NCBI GenBank assembly: GCA_964487115.1
Contig: CAZAPD010000025.1
Coordinates: 1-45,870 of the forward strand
DNA: 45,870 nt
Source: an uncultured Thermococci archaeon
GTDB taxonomy: Archaea; Methanobacteriota_B; Thermococci; Thermococcales; Thermococcaceae
Reading direction: 5' to 3'
Shown here: piece after piece, positions 8,435 to 18,771 of the stretch
Layout of the letters: every line of letters begins with the position of its first letter
How positions within the stretch are numbered: position 1 is the first letter of the stretch
Translations under genes and position numbers: made by a program
The notes under the pieces: model-generated
What the model saw: only the letters and a program-made list of their open reading frames with translations
What the model was told of the DNA's origin: nothing
Database searches by the model: none

Positions 8435-9916
8435 ATGCTAAAGCTCAGAAAATACATTAATACTACCGACGACCTTTTTGTCGTAAAAAACCTCATAGGA
8501 GCAATCCTACAGGGCATTGGTCTTGCTTATCTTGTACCCGGTCTTCTTGTTTGGATTTATCGGAGTGAAATGAGCTATATCCCATACTTCGCAATCCCCG
8601 GATTCATTAGCATACTTCTTGGAGCTTGGATGGGCAGGCATATAGGAAAAATCGAAGATGTTAATTTAAGGCAGGCAATGGTTTCTGCGGCATTTGTATG
8701 GCTCTTTGCGTCCCTAATAAGCGTTATTCCTTTCATGTTTATAGCCAAGATGAGCTTTATTGATTCATATTTTGAAAGTATGTCTGCATGGACAGGAACA
8801 GGTTTAACGATGATGAGCCATCTGGAGAGCTACCCCCATGTTATCCTTTTCTGGCGTGCTTGGATGCAGTGGCTTGGGGGTATAGGAATTGTCTTAGTAG
8901 CATTGACTGTTTTAATTCGTCCGGGAGTTGCTGCAGCTCGTTTGTACAAAGCAGAAGCAAGAAGTGAAAGAATAATGCCAAATTTGGTGAATACAGCAAA
9001 AGTGATTTTCGAAATATATTTCTTCTTGACCCTCGTTGGCGTATACCTTTACTACATTAATGGGATGTCCCTCTTTGATGCAGTGATACACTCAATGACG
9101 GGTTTGGGAACCGGTGGTATGAGCTCCCATGATCTTAGTATAGGATACTTCAATAGCTTAAGCATAGAAGCAGTTACAATTTTTCTAATGATTATGGGTG
9201 CCACAAACTTTACAGTCCATTACCGTATGTTTAGAGAACGTTCTCTTTCAAGGTTTTTCAAAGATATTCAGGTCAGATACATGTTCTTTTTTCTCATCCC
9301 TGCAATAATTCTAATTGCATATAGTCTTATACAGACAAATATGAGTGTTGGAAGAGCTTTTAGAGAGGCTATTTTCCATGCGGTCTCAGCAGTTACATGC
9401 ACAGGTTTTGGTATTGACAATTTAAATAAATATCCAGAGCTGGCTAAATTCATGATTGGCTTTTTAATGGTTGTTGGAGGTGGGGCCGGAAGCACAGCTG
9501 GGGGCATAAAACTCATTCGAGTGACTCTTATGTACGAAAGCTTAAAATGGACAATTGAACAAGCAATTCTGCCTAAAGGAGCTATAATAAAAAGAAAGGT
9601 GGGAGATTACATATTTTCGGACGAAGAAATCCAAGAGGTGCTCAGTTTCACAATGACATATTTTGCATTTCTTTTGATAGGTACAATTTGGTTAATGCTT
9701 AGACTCAGGGTGTCCTTAGTGAATGCATTTTTTGAGGTAGCCTCAGCTCAGGGGAATGTGGGTTTGAGTGTTGGAATAACATCGCCTTCTTTGCCCATTG
9801 ACGTTAAAATACTTCTCATACTCCACATGTGGATAGGACGGCTTGAGATATTCTCTACACTTGTATTTATAGTGAGTGCATTCCTATTGGTGCCGCGGCT
9901 GGTGGAGAGAAAATGA
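8435..9916 (+). CDS. trkH: TrkH potassium uptake protein
   Basis: Four pore-loop motifs (TGTGL, GTGGM, TCTGF, GNVGL) and GSTAGGIK. ATG 8435 behind SD GGTGGAG. Confidence 0.93.
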   Translation: MLKLRKYINTTDDLFVVKNLIGAILQGIGLAYLVPGLLVWIYRSEMSYIPYFAIPGFISILLGAWMGRHIGKIEDVNLRQAMVSAAFVWLFASLISVIPFMFIAKMSFIDSYFESMSAWTGTGLTMMSHLESYPHVILFWRAWMQWLGGIGIVLVALTVLIRPGVAAARLYKAEARSERIMPNLVNTAKVIFEIYFFLTLVGVYLYYINGMSLFDAVIHSMTGLGTGGMSSHDLSIGYFNSLSIEAVTIFLMIMGATNFTVHYRMFRERSLSRFFKDIQVRYMFFFLIPAIILIAYSLIQTNMSVGRAFREAIFHAVSAVTCTGFGIDNLNKYPELAKFMIGFLMVVGGGAGSTAGGIKLIRVTLMYESLKWTIEQAILPKGAIIKRKVGDYIFSDEEIQEVLSFTMTYFAFLLIGTIWLMLRLRVSLVNAFFEVASAQGNVGLSVGITSPSLPIDVKILLILHMWIGRLEIFSTLVFIVSAFLLVPRLVERK

Positions 9917-10752
9917 AATTAATAAGAATAGAGAATCTAAGCTTTAAATATCGTAGAGCCAAAGAATATGCAGTAAAAGACATAAATATGGAGGTAAAAA
10001 AGGGGGAGTTCATAGGAATTCTGGGGGCAAGTGGTAGCGGTAAATCTACATTATGCCTGACGTTAAATGGAATCATCCCAAATTCTATACAGGGGGAGTT
10101 TATAGGCAATGTATATGTGAAAAAATACAACACAAGAGAAACTCCACCATCAAAACTATCCACAATGATCGGGCTTGTTTTCCAAAATCCGGATTCTCAA
10201 CTCTTTAATATGACAGTGGAGGAGGAAATAGCATTTGGACTTGAGAATCTTGGACTCGAAAGGGATGAAATAAAACGAAGAATAAACTGGGCTCTCAAGA
10301 TCACAGGTCTGCAGGGATTAGAGAATGAATTTCCTCCAAACCTAAGCGGAGGACAAAAACAGCGTCTTGCTATAGCAAGCGTCTTGGCAATGAAACCAGA
10401 AATTATCGTGCTTGATGAACCTACTGCTCAGCTCGATCCTATGGGAAAGGAACAGGTTCTCAGCTTAATTACTTTATTGAATAAGGAGCAGGGCATCACC
10501 ATAATCTTAGTTGAACATAATGCAGAGTACATGTTGAGCTTTGCAGATAGAGTTATTGTTATGGATCAGGGGAAAATAGTATTAGAAGGTAAGCCACGGG
10601 ATATTTTTGAGGAAGCTGAGATGCTCAGTAGGCTTGGGATTAGATTGCCCGCCAGCATAAAAATAGGAACAGAGCTCAAGAAAAGAGGGATCTTAAAAAA
10701 AGTCGCCCTGACAGAAAAAGAACTTATCAAAACTTTGAAAAATCAGTTTTAG
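9913..10752 (+). CDS. ECF-type transporter ATPase (EcfA/CbiO-like)
   Basis: GASGSGKST, FQNPDSQ, LSGGQKQR, LDEPT and VEH motifs. ATGA overlap with trkH. Confidence 0.88.
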   Translation: MKLIRIENLSFKYRRAKEYAVKDINMEVKKGEFIGILGASGSGKSTLCLTLNGIIPNSIQGEFIGNVYVKKYNTRETPPSKLSTMIGLVFQNPDSQLFNMTVEEEIAFGLENLGLERDEIKRRINWALKITGLQGLENEFPPNLSGGQKQRLAIASVLAMKPEIIVLDEPTAQLDPMGKEQVLSLITLLNKEQGITIILVEHNAEYMLSFADRVIVMDQGKIVLEGKPRDIFEEAEMLSRLGIRLPASIKIGTELKKRGILKKVALTEKELIKTLKNQF

Positions 10753-11536
10753 GCTTTGGTTCACCAGTAAGTGAAGACTTTAAGTCTACTAATTTTAGAA
10801 ATAGCTCAAATTTGAGTATCGGGTTCTGCACTTCATCGAGTATCTTAAATGCCGAATCAAGGAGAGCCAGTGCTTTCTCTTTGTCTCTCGATGCTTCCAC
10901 GGAAGCCATGTAGTAAAAAGCTGTTGCTTTATGAAATGGACTTTCTATATGTTGTAATGTGAGATCAGCCTTTTCAAACTCTCCTGAACTGTAAAACATA
11001 ACTGCAAGTTGGGACAAGATAACATCCAATTTCTTCCGGTTTCTAACAAGTTTTATGGCATACGCCGCTTTCTTTAAGAGACCCCTATCAATGAGAGCTT
11101 TGACGATTTCAACCAAGAGATCATCATCTCCAATATCCGAAGCAATGTTTAACGCAGTTTTTAAGGCTAAATCACTCTTAAGATTCTCATTGAGCATATA
11201 AAATGCCACAGATATATCAGCGAAGGCGAGGGATTTCAATCTCAGATTTCCAATTTCATTCGCTATGGGTATTATGTCTTCGATATACTTTACAAAAACT
11301 TTTCTAAGCTCCTCCCGCAATACTCCATCCTCTATACTCTCTCGGATCGCTGAGAGGATGCCATCAATGATAATCCTGATCCCAAGAAAAATATTAGGAG
11401 CCAGTTTAATTTTTTTAAGTTCTTTTAAAGCCTCCTTGAATTCCCAATAATTAACCAGATTCTCAATAGCCTCTAATCTATCACTGTCTCTTTCAGGTTC
11501 CTCTGTTGGTTTAAAAATGTTATCCAGTGCGCTCAT
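10727..11536 (-). CDS. Hypothetical helical (TPR-like) protein
   Basis: 269-aa ORF of alanine/leucine-rich helical repeats, co-oriented with upstream cyaB. Confidence 0.65.
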   Translation of the reverse strand: MSALDNIFKPTEEPERDSDRLEAIENLVNYWEFKEALKELKKIKLAPNIFLGIRIIIDGILSAIRESIEDGVLREELRKVFVKYIEDIIPIANEIGNLRLKSLAFADISVAFYMLNENLKSDLALKTALNIASDIGDDDLLVEIVKALIDRGLLKKAAYAIKLVRNRKKLDVILSQLAVMFYSSGEFEKADLTLQHIESPFHKATAFYYMASVEASRDKEKALALLDSAFKILDEVQNPILKFELFLKLVDLKSSLTGEPKPKTDFSKF

Positions 11537-11541
11537 ATTTT

Positions 11542-12072
11542 CTACCTCTCACTTATGAGTTCAAGATAGGATTTCCTCTCAAATTGCCGCACTCCTAAGG
11601 CCAGCAGAATATTTTTTAATTTTTCAACCTCTTTTTTTATTTCAGCTTCTTCAGTTGCCAGCTCCTCAACTTCAACGAACTTTCCAAGCCCTTTAACTTC
11701 ATCCAATGTTATTGTTATTCCCTTTTCCACATAATATTTTTCCCTGATTTTTTCGATGGTTATTACCTTTTCAAATCCCAAGGAATTGAGGATGTCAAGA
11801 TACAATTTGACATCACTTATTGGGACTTCTATCTCCCTTCGAGTTTTTGACATATTATCGAGTTTTGGTCCTTTATATGTTAAAAATGCTTCAAGATGTC
11901 CATTAAATCTCTTAATCCTTATTCTTAACGCCTCATCCGTCTCTGCAAAATTTCTACAAGGATGTTGAAAATATATATCCTCCTGCTCTTCTTTCCTCAT
12001 GAATTCAAATTTTTCACGAACCCTCCTGAAAATCCTGTCGTTTGCATAACCCTTGAGTTCAATTTCAATCAT
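11542..12072 (-). CDS. cyaB: CYTH-family protein (class IV adenylate cyclase-like / triphosphate tunnel metalloenzyme)
   Basis: MIEIELK (ExExK), QEDIYF, ALRIR, TYKGPK and GLGKFVEVE. Start 12072 overlaps the upstream stop. Confidence 0.88.
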   Translation of the reverse strand: MIEIELKGYANDRIFRRVREKFEFMRKEEQEDIYFQHPCRNFAETDEALRIRIKRFNGHLEAFLTYKGPKLDNMSKTRREIEVPISDVKLYLDILNSLGFEKVITIEKIREKYYVEKGITITLDEVKGLGKFVEVEELATEEAEIKKEVEKLKNILLALGVRQFERKSYLELISER

Positions 12073-12638
12073 TTCAACTCCTCCTCCAGTTTCTTTCTGC
12101 ACATCCTGCAATAATCCTTTTCCTTATAATCGGTATCCGAAATAGAGTTTGAGAAATGCATTACACATTTGGGATTTGGGCAGTGAGCCAGTCCAAAGAC
12201 ATGTCCAAGCTCGTGCATAGCTTCTTTTATAGACCTCTCCCCCAAAAGCCATTCATTGGGGAAGTCACCATAGAATTCGGGGTTTAATCTGTACAGTGAT
12301 ATTATAGCAACTCTGGAATAAGGATCAGCAAGCCCAAAAATAAAATTTAGATTATCCTCATATAGGTCCACATTGGCAATACCAAGAACAGCTTCAGCAT
12401 TAAACCTCTCCCGTATATCCTGCAGGACAGGAATAAAAACCCTACCTAAGAACTGCCTCCGAACTTCATTATATCCTTTAACAAAATGTTCAATATCTAT
12501 TCTCAACCCGGGCAGAACTCTAACTGAAAATCCAAATATTGAATAGAACTCCATAATATAGGATGAAACAGCATTCATAATACTCTTCTTTATATAATTC
12601 GTCCCGATTGGAATTATCAAGATTTCCCTCATGGTCAT
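12069..12638 (-). CDS. amzA: Archaemetzincin zinc metalloprotease
   Basis: HELGHVFGLAHC-x4-CVM followed by CxxC. Confidence 0.9.
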   Translation of the reverse strand: MTMREILIIPIGTNYIKKSIMNAVSSYIMEFYSIFGFSVRVLPGLRIDIEHFVKGYNEVRRQFLGRVFIPVLQDIRERFNAEAVLGIANVDLYEDNLNFIFGLADPYSRVAIISLYRLNPEFYGDFPNEWLLGERSIKEAMHELGHVFGLAHCPNPKCVMHFSNSISDTDYKEKDYCRMCRKKLEEELK

Positions 12639-12678
12639 CAGTTAAAATTTATGAAAAAGATAAAAATAAACCTTCCCC

Positions 12679-13716
12679 TTATGGAGTTAAATCCATGGGT
12701 TTAATCTCTTCAAGCAGATGTTTTGCGAATTTTATTGTACTATCGATGTCCCTGATATCCACGAGTTCAACTTGACTATGCATATATCTAATCGGTACTG
12801 AAAGAACAGCAGTAGCCATGCCTTCCCTGTTTATCTGCATTATATTAGCATCAGTGCCTGTTGGTCTGGGACTGGCTTCAACCTGAAGAGGAATGCCATA
12901 CTTTTCAGCAATCTCATCGGCAAATTTTCTTAGTTTTGGGTTGATATTAGGCCCAACATCCATAACTGGTCCCTTTCCAAGCTCCGGAACTATCTTCCCT
13001 TTATCTCCAGTCTGTTTGGCAAATGTAACATCCATGGCTATACCTATTTCAGCGTCTATTGCATAAGAGGCAACTCTGGCTCCTCTAAGCCCCACTTCCT
13101 CCTGCACGCTTCCTACAAAATACAAATCAGCGGTGTTGTTTTCAATGGCTCTTGCGGTTTCAATCAGGACATAGAGACATACCCTGTCATCAAGATAAGG
13201 AGTTGCAATCCTGTTCTCAGTAAGCTTTGTAAAAGCAGGAGCAAATTCTCCAATGGTTCCAACTTTGAATCCCATTTCCTGAGCTTCTTCTTCATTATCA
13301 GCGCCAACATCAACAACAATTGTATCCCAATCGGCAGGCTTTTTTCTGTCTTCCGGCTTTTGGAGATGTGGAGGTATATGGCCTACAACACCGTAGTGCT
13401 CACCTGTCTCGGTAAAGAATCTTATCCGCTGAGCTACAAGTGTTCTGGGATCAACACCCCCAATTGGAACAATATGGAGATATCCATTTTTATCCACATG
13501 ATTGACCATGACTCCAATTTTATCCATATGGGCGGCAATCATAACTTTTGGCCCTTCACCTTTTTTATGTGCTATAACATTGCCCAGTTTATCTATCCTG
13601 ATATCATCAACATAATCTTTCAGAGCTTCTATTACAGTGTCCCTTATTCCCAAAAATTCATATCCGCTAACACCTGGAGCCTCTATAATCGCCCTTAAGA
13701 GTCCAAGATCTACCAT
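12679..13716 (-). CDS. M42 (TET) aminopeptidase, TET3/lysyl-aminopeptidase-like
   Basis: [31 protein letters not shown] and RYMHS. ATG 13716 behind SD GAGGTGG. Confidence 0.92.
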   Translation of the reverse strand: MVDLGLLRAIIEAPGVSGYEFLGIRDTVIEALKDYVDDIRIDKLGNVIAHKKGEGPKVMIAAHMDKIGVMVNHVDKNGYLHIVPIGGVDPRTLVAQRIRFFTETGEHYGVVGHIPPHLQKPEDRKKPADWDTIVVDVGADNEEEAQEMGFKVGTIGEFAPAFTKLTENRIATPYLDDRVCLYVLIETARAIENNTADLYFVGSVQEEVGLRGARVASYAIDAEIGIAMDVTFAKQTGDKGKIVPELGKGPVMDVGPNINPKLRKFADEIAEKYGIPLQVEASPRPTGTDANIMQINREGMATAVLSVPIRYMHSQVELVDIRDIDSTIKFAKHLLEEIKPMDLTP

Positions 13717-13803
13717 TGTAACCACCTCATTTAGATTTTCGTCTTAATGCTCTGCTTCTTGTCATTTAAAGGTTTTTGGTTCAGTTATAAAATAAAATTA
13801 AAA

Positions 13804-15366
13804 TTACAAGATAACCTGAAGGAAAGCCTCCTCCTCAGGTTCTAATTCCTCAATCTCCCACAGAACAATGTTTCCCTCTATCTGAGCATTACCCTTAGTT
13901 GCCCTCACATCGACCGCATTAATCTGTTTTTCATATCTAAAGTTCTTTATTCCCCTCAATTTTGGAGCTTTTATCTTAACAAAGTAGTACTTATCCAATT
14001 GTTCTTCAAGTTTAATTGGCATGAAAAATGCCACATAAGAAGCTGCCCCAAAAATTAATGCCGCTATGAGTACGATTAATGCCATGTAAGTTGCTGAGGA
14101 TTTTTTAGATGGCGTAGTTGCTACTGTTGATGTCAGGACCTGGGAAACAGTTGTATTTGTATTTGCTATCGGCCGTGAGGTGGTTGTTAAACGTTCAGAA
14201 GGTTTTTCCACCGTTATAGTTTCTTTTACAGGAAGATATTTTGGATTTTTAATATTTAGCAATATAGTACCAAATCCAGTTTCTTTCAGAGATATCTGTG
14301 CCCAGCCACTTGCATTAGTGCATGCATAAACAGTCCCCGAAGGACCCGTTGCTGTGACAGTAGCATTGTCAATTCCCTTTCCGGTTGGATCTATAACATG
14401 TATAAGCAAAGTCATGTTTTTCTGTATTGTATGCACAAAGGGCTTTTTTACCGCGACAAGGGTTTCAACGACTTTTCCATTTAAATTAAGCTTTATCCTG
14501 TAGGTACCCGGCTTATCAACTGCATAACTGACCCTGCCATTTTCATCGGTGATGAATTGAATACCATTTATCTGAACAGCTATGCCTGGCACACTATTTC
14601 CATTTTCATCTTTAACATTCACTGTGATGACACCATTTTGAAATTCAACCTTATAATTCAGAACTCTCCGATAAACTTCAAAACTTTTGTTTATTACCTT
14701 GACATCCCCATAAAAGTTAGTTTTCAGCACAATTGTATAGTTGCCAGGTTCAGGTTTCTGCAGAAAAATTGCATGACTCCATATTCCCTCACTTTCCACG
14801 TATATTGTGGAAGAGTATGATTGTATAAGCTTTTTACCATAGAAGAGGTGGACTTCCACAGTTCCTATTATAGGGGTGTTTGATAGGGATTTAACTATAA
14901 TATTCGCCGTTACATTTCTACCATAATAATACTTATTGCTAACATTGATGCTTGTAGTATAGTCGATTTTGGCAGACACCTTGACTTTAAAGATGTCCTG
15001 AGCAAAATTTGAACCTGAAACGGCAACAACTTTCAAGGAGTACATACCTGCTGGAGGTGAAAGCACCTTTATTATGAGGGTCTGAAGTATGCTCTGGTTT
15101 GCAGCAATGCTCTTTATAATCCGAGTTTGATACTTAAAACCATCTGCTGGCCCCGTCACATAAAGAGTGATGTTACTAATACTTTCATTACCCAAGTTTG
15201 CTATCCTAACCGGGATTATTATCGTGTCTCCAGGCTTAGCTTCGAAATTATCATGTAAAACATGAACAGTAATCAACGGATAAGCAGAAACATACGTGAC
15301 TACATTTGTAACGCTAAGCAGGGAAGCTAACATCAGAAATATCAAAATAATTTCTCTAAATCTCAC
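13804..15366 (-). CDS. Membrane-anchored cell-surface protein with Ig-like (CARDB/NPCBM-like) domains
   Basis: Signal peptide, beta-rich repeats with many NxT/S sequons, Ser/Thr-rich linker, one TM helix and a ~70-aa C-terminal domain. Confidence 0.75.
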   Translation of the reverse strand: MRFREIILIFLMLASLLSVTNVVTYVSAYPLITVHVLHDNFEAKPGDTIIIPVRIANLGNESISNITLYVTGPADGFKYQTRIIKSIAANQSILQTLIIKVLSPPAGMYSLKVVAVSGSNFAQDIFKVKVSAKIDYTTSINVSNKYYYGRNVTANIIVKSLSNTPIIGTVEVHLFYGKKLIQSYSSTIYVESEGIWSHAIFLQKPEPGNYTIVLKTNFYGDVKVINKSFEVYRRVLNYKVEFQNGVITVNVKDENGNSVPGIAVQINGIQFITDENGRVSYAVDKPGTYRIKLNLNGKVVETLVAVKKPFVHTIQKNMTLLIHVIDPTGKGIDNATVTATGPSGTVYACTNASGWAQISLKETGFGTILLNIKNPKYLPVKETITVEKPSERLTTTSRPIANTNTTVSQVLTSTVATTPSKKSSATYMALIVLIAALIFGAASYVAFFMPIKLEEQLDKYYFVKIKAPKLRGIKNFRYEKQINAVDVRATKGNAQIEGNIVLWEIEELEPEEEAFLQVIL

Positions 15367-15763
15367 CTTTTATCACCTCACTCAAAGATTTCTGCTTACC
15401 TATAACTTCATCAAATCTTTTCCCCATATACTTAGCTGTTTGTAAGCTGAGTTTATAGTTTTTACCGCTCTTTGTCAATTTTTCAGGATAAAAGAAATAC
15501 CATCCATGATTAATAAATTTCACTGCTATGACAGCCCTACCACCAAAACGAGAGGAGAATCCAACCAGTTTCTTCATGTCTTCGTCACTAAAATAAACAA
15601 AATTATTTTTTGTACTTTTAACTTCGATGCATAAAAAGAGCTTGCTATTACCAGCCACAATATCAACTTTTTTACTTCCTGCAGAACGCACCACTGCAAA
15701 TCCGTTCTTTTCAAGCATCTTTATTAACTCCCTTTCAGCGCTCGCTCCCCTGTGGTATTTCAT
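15356..15763 (-). CDS. hjc: Holliday junction resolvase Hjc
   Basis: [10 protein letters not shown]...[10 protein letters not shown]...DIVAG...IEVKST. ATG 15763 behind SD GGAGGTG. Confidence 0.95.
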   Translation of the reverse strand: MKYHRGASAERELIKMLEKNGFAVVRSAGSKKVDIVAGNSKLFLCIEVKSTKNNFVYFSDEDMKKLVGFSSRFGGRAVIAVKFINHGWYFFYPEKLTKSGKNYKLSLQTAKYMGKRFDEVIGKQKSLSEVIKGEI

Positions 15764-15794
15764 GACACCTCCCCATAATTTTATCCATGAAAAA

Positions 15795-15802
15795 TTTATA
15801 AA
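15795..15802. promoter_or_regulatory. Palindromic TATA box centred between divergent hjc and gamma-CA genes
   Basis: TTTATAAA lies 32 bp from each start codon. Confidence 0.55.
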
Positions 15803-15833
15803 GGCTCTGGATAAGCTTGAGTTGGTGATGCTC

Positions 15834-16358
15834 ATGACGATTTATGAGTTAAATGGAAAAAAACCTGTAATCCACGAAACTGCGTTTGTGGATGAGAATG
15901 CTTATATCATAGGGGATGTTGTCCTTGAGGAAAAAACAAGTGTCTGGCCTTCAGCAGTTCTCAGAGGGGATATAGAGCAGATTTATGTTGGCTGCTGCTC
16001 AAACATACAGGATAACGTTAGCATACATACTTCTCATGGCCAACCCACAGTAATAGGTAAATATGTTACTGTTGGACACAACGCTGTTGTTCATGGGGCA
16101 AGGATAGGAGACTACACCATCATAGGGATGGGGGCAATAATCTTAGACGGAGCACGGATAGGTAAGCACGTAATAGTTGGAGCCGGAGCTTTAGTACCGC
16201 CAGGGAAAGAAATACCCGATTACAGTCTTGTGGTTGGAATTCCAGGAAAAATCATCAGACAACTCAATGAAAAAGAAATTGAAATGACAAAGGAAAACGC
16301 CGAGATTTACATGGAACTGGCTAAAATACACCTCAAAGGAAGGAAAAAGATAGAGTGA
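15834..16358 (+). CDS. Gamma-class carbonic anhydrase family protein (CaiE/YrdA-like)
   Basis: Hexapeptide repeats with VLRGD, SNIQDN..IH and TVGH...VHG metal ligands. ATG 15834 behind GGTGA. Confidence 0.92.
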   Translation: MTIYELNGKKPVIHETAFVDENAYIIGDVVLEEKTSVWPSAVLRGDIEQIYVGCCSNIQDNVSIHTSHGQPTVIGKYVTVGHNAVVHGARIGDYTIIGMGAIILDGARIGKHVIVGAGALVPPGKEIPDYSLVVGIPGKIIRQLNEKEIEMTKENAEIYMELAKIHLKGRKKIE

Positions 16359-16364
16359 CCTGAA

Positions 16365-17162
16365 ATGCTATATCGTGTTATTTCCCATGTTCCCCATATT
16401 TTGTTCAAGCCTGTTTATGATTTGTATGAAAGATATCTCCTTGAAAAGGTTAAATCATGTGGAAAAATCCCAAAACATGTAGCCATTATAATGGATGGAA
16501 ACCGAAGATGGGCAAGGAAATACGAAAAACCCCCCTGGTACGGCCACCTCTTTGGTTCTGAAAAGCTTGAAGAAATTCTTGAGTGGGCCAGAGAGCTGGG
16601 GATAAGGACAATAACTGTCTATGCATTCTCAACTGAAAACTTCAAACGCTCCAAAGAAGAGGTAGAAGCTTTGATGAGCCTATTTGAGAAAAAGTTTCGA
16701 GAGCTTGTGCATGATGAGAGGGTCCATAAATATGGCATACGTGTGAGTGTTATCGGACGAAAAGAACTCCTCCCAGAAAATGTTAGGGAAGCCGCTGAAG
16801 AAGCTGAGAGGGCAACTAAGAGGTATAACAACTATTATTTAAATTTAGCTATTGCCTACGGCGGCCGAAGTGAGATAGCTGATGCTGTTAAAGAGATTGT
16901 TGATGATGTTATGAGTGGTAAAATCGAGAGAGAAGAAATAACGGAAGATCTCATAAAACACTATCTTTACATCCCCAATATGCCTGATCCCGATATAGTC
17001 ATAAGAACCGGGGGTGAGATAAGAATAAGCAACTTCCTTCTGTATCAGATTGCATACAGTGAGCTTTTCTTTGTTGATGTGTATTTCCCTGAATTCAGGA
17101 AAATTGACTTTCTCAGGATAATTAGAGAATACCAGAGGAGAGAAAGACGGTTTGGTAGATGA
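16365..17162 (+). CDS. uppS: cis-prenyltransferase (undecaprenyl/polyprenyl diphosphate synthase)
   Basis: HVAIIMDGNRR, YAFSTENFKR and IRTGGEIRISNFLLYQ. Confidence 0.95.
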   Translation: MLYRVISHVPHILFKPVYDLYERYLLEKVKSCGKIPKHVAIIMDGNRRWARKYEKPPWYGHLFGSEKLEEILEWARELGIRTITVYAFSTENFKRSKEEVEALMSLFEKKFRELVHDERVHKYGIRVSVIGRKELLPENVREAAEEAERATKRYNNYYLNLAIAYGGRSEIADAVKEIVDDVMSGKIEREEITEDLIKHYLYIPNMPDPDIVIRTGGEIRISNFLLYQIAYSELFFVDVYFPEFRKIDFLRIIREYQRRERRFGR

Positions 17163-17250
17163 TTCCAGCCTCTAACCAGTTTTAAACCCTTTTTAAACTT
17201 TTTCGCTAACATTTATTAAGGTTGCCGATGACTCATCATCGGTGGTATGG

Positions 17251-17943
17251 ATGAAATATGAGGAGCTGGGAAGTAGGCTGAAAAAAGTATATGCAAGGAT
17301 AAGAACATTGGATGATTATCATTGGGAACTTTATGAGGATAAAATTTTGGGAATACATAAAAGAAGCAATGTTTTAGTGAGAATAAGAATTGCAGGGGAT
17401 AAAAATGAAGCAGAAAAACTCAGTGAGAATAAGGACAAAGAGGGAGAAGGAATTGACCTGATAGTGGTTCCTGACAAGAATGTATTCTACATTCACAATG
17501 GGGCATTTATTCTTACATTCAAATATGTTAGGGCAACACTTACCGATATAAACGACCATATAATCTGGAGTGGATTCAAGACTATCGAAGAAGATGGAAG
17601 ATTAATACAAGAAGATTTTTATGAATATCTGGGTGGCATGCTCATAGAGCACTTAAAAGGCAATATGATGATGGGGCAGGATTATGTCTTTTGGCAGTTC
17701 TACAAATGTGAAGAGTGCGGAAAATATGTGGATATAGACAGTGTTCCGAGCCATCTAAAATGGCATGGTATTAAGGTTCATGAAAAAACCGAGGAACGGT
17801 ATGAAGTCTTTGAAATCAACTTTAGGGACGGTATAGTCAGGGATAAATTAGGGAAAGAGGTTCCTTTAGACAAGTTTAGTGATGAAGCCCGGGATTTCCT
17901 CAAGGATACATTTGATAACTTTAAAGGAATTTCACAGGGGTAG
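17251..17943 (+). CDS. TBP-interacting protein (TIP26 family) with C2H2 zinc finger
   Basis: LDDYHWE N-terminal motif and [11 protein letters not shown]...HLKWH zinc finger. ATG 17251 behind SD GGTGG. Confidence 0.8.
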   Translation: MKYEELGSRLKKVYARIRTLDDYHWELYEDKILGIHKRSNVLVRIRIAGDKNEAEKLSENKDKEGEGIDLIVVPDKNVFYIHNGAFILTFKYVRATLTDINDHIIWSGFKTIEEDGRLIQEDFYEYLGGMLIEHLKGNMMMGQDYVFWQFYKCEECGKYVDIDSVPSHLKWHGIKVHEKTEERYEVFEINFRDGIVRDKLGKEVPLDKFSDEARDFLKDTFDNFKGISQG

Positions 17944-18024
17944 TAGTTATAGTTTAATATGCTCTTCACATTTTTCGAAAAAGTTTTAACTTTATATTTC
18001 ATTACCATGTCATAGGGAGGACAC

Positions 18025-18771
18025 ATGTCCCCCAAGGAGGAAGAGATAGTAACAGCTCTTTTTAAGAATAAGTTGCCTCACAATTCAATAGTATCAATTA
18101 TATATGATACTTACTCTTCAGCATGGATGTTGGGATTCGCTTTCTTAAAAAAGGAGATAGATGCAGGCGGATTTATTAGCATAACCAACTACAATCTGCC
18201 ACTTCCGAATTTAATAAGAGCCGGGAGTCTCGTTGGTTTGAATATACAAGATGAGGTAGAAAAGGATAACATTATTATTATCGATGTTTTTGGCTCTAAA
18301 TATGATGTGAAATTTAACATGAAAAACATATTTTATCTTGAAAATGTCGATCCTGAAACAATAAATCCAAAGATAAACATTTTATATACCAAAGTTGTGT
18401 TGCCAAAAATAGCCAACAGATCTGTAGTTAGATTGGTATATACACTGGATGGAGCGGCGTTTATGCTTGGGGAGGATGTCACATTAAAACTTTTAAATGC
18501 TACTATAGCAGAAAAAACAAAGACAATGCCGAGTTCTGTTCTGGTTCTACCCATTAACAGAGACGTGGTCTCACAGAAATTTGTTGCATGGGTTGCCAGT
18601 CTAAGTGACTATGTTATAGTTGCTTCTTCAAAATTGACTGATGAAGGTCTCGATGAGACACTTCACGTTGTGAAAGCACCATTTGAGGACTTTGAGCCTA
18701 CCGCATACAAATTACGAGCAACAAGAGGGAAGAGAGCAGAGCGGCTAAAAATAAAGAAAATCAACCTCTAA
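18025..18771 (+). CDS. Inactive RecA/KaiC-like ATPase-fold protein (DUF257-like)
   Basis: IIIDVFGS motif and RecA-like strand order, with no intact Walker A. SD GGAGG. Confidence 0.6.
   Translation: MSPKEEEIVTALFKNKLPHNSIVSIIYDTYSSAWMLGFAFLKKEIDAGGFISITNYNLPLPNLIRAGSLVGLNIQDEVEKDNIIIIDVFGSKYDVKFNMKNIFYLENVDPETINPKINILYTKVVLPKIANRSVVRLVYTLDGAAFMLGEDVTLKLLNATIAEKTKTMPSSVLVLPINRDVVSQKFVAWVASLSDYVIVASSKLTDEGLDETLHVVKAPFEDFEPTAYKLRATRGKRAERLKIKKINL

Noticed and set aside
15627..15833. N-terminal extensions of gamma-CA and hjc in the ORF track (likewise sppA, trkH, cyaB)
   Set aside because: They overlap neighbouring genes or promoters; SD-supported downstream starts give family-typical lengths.
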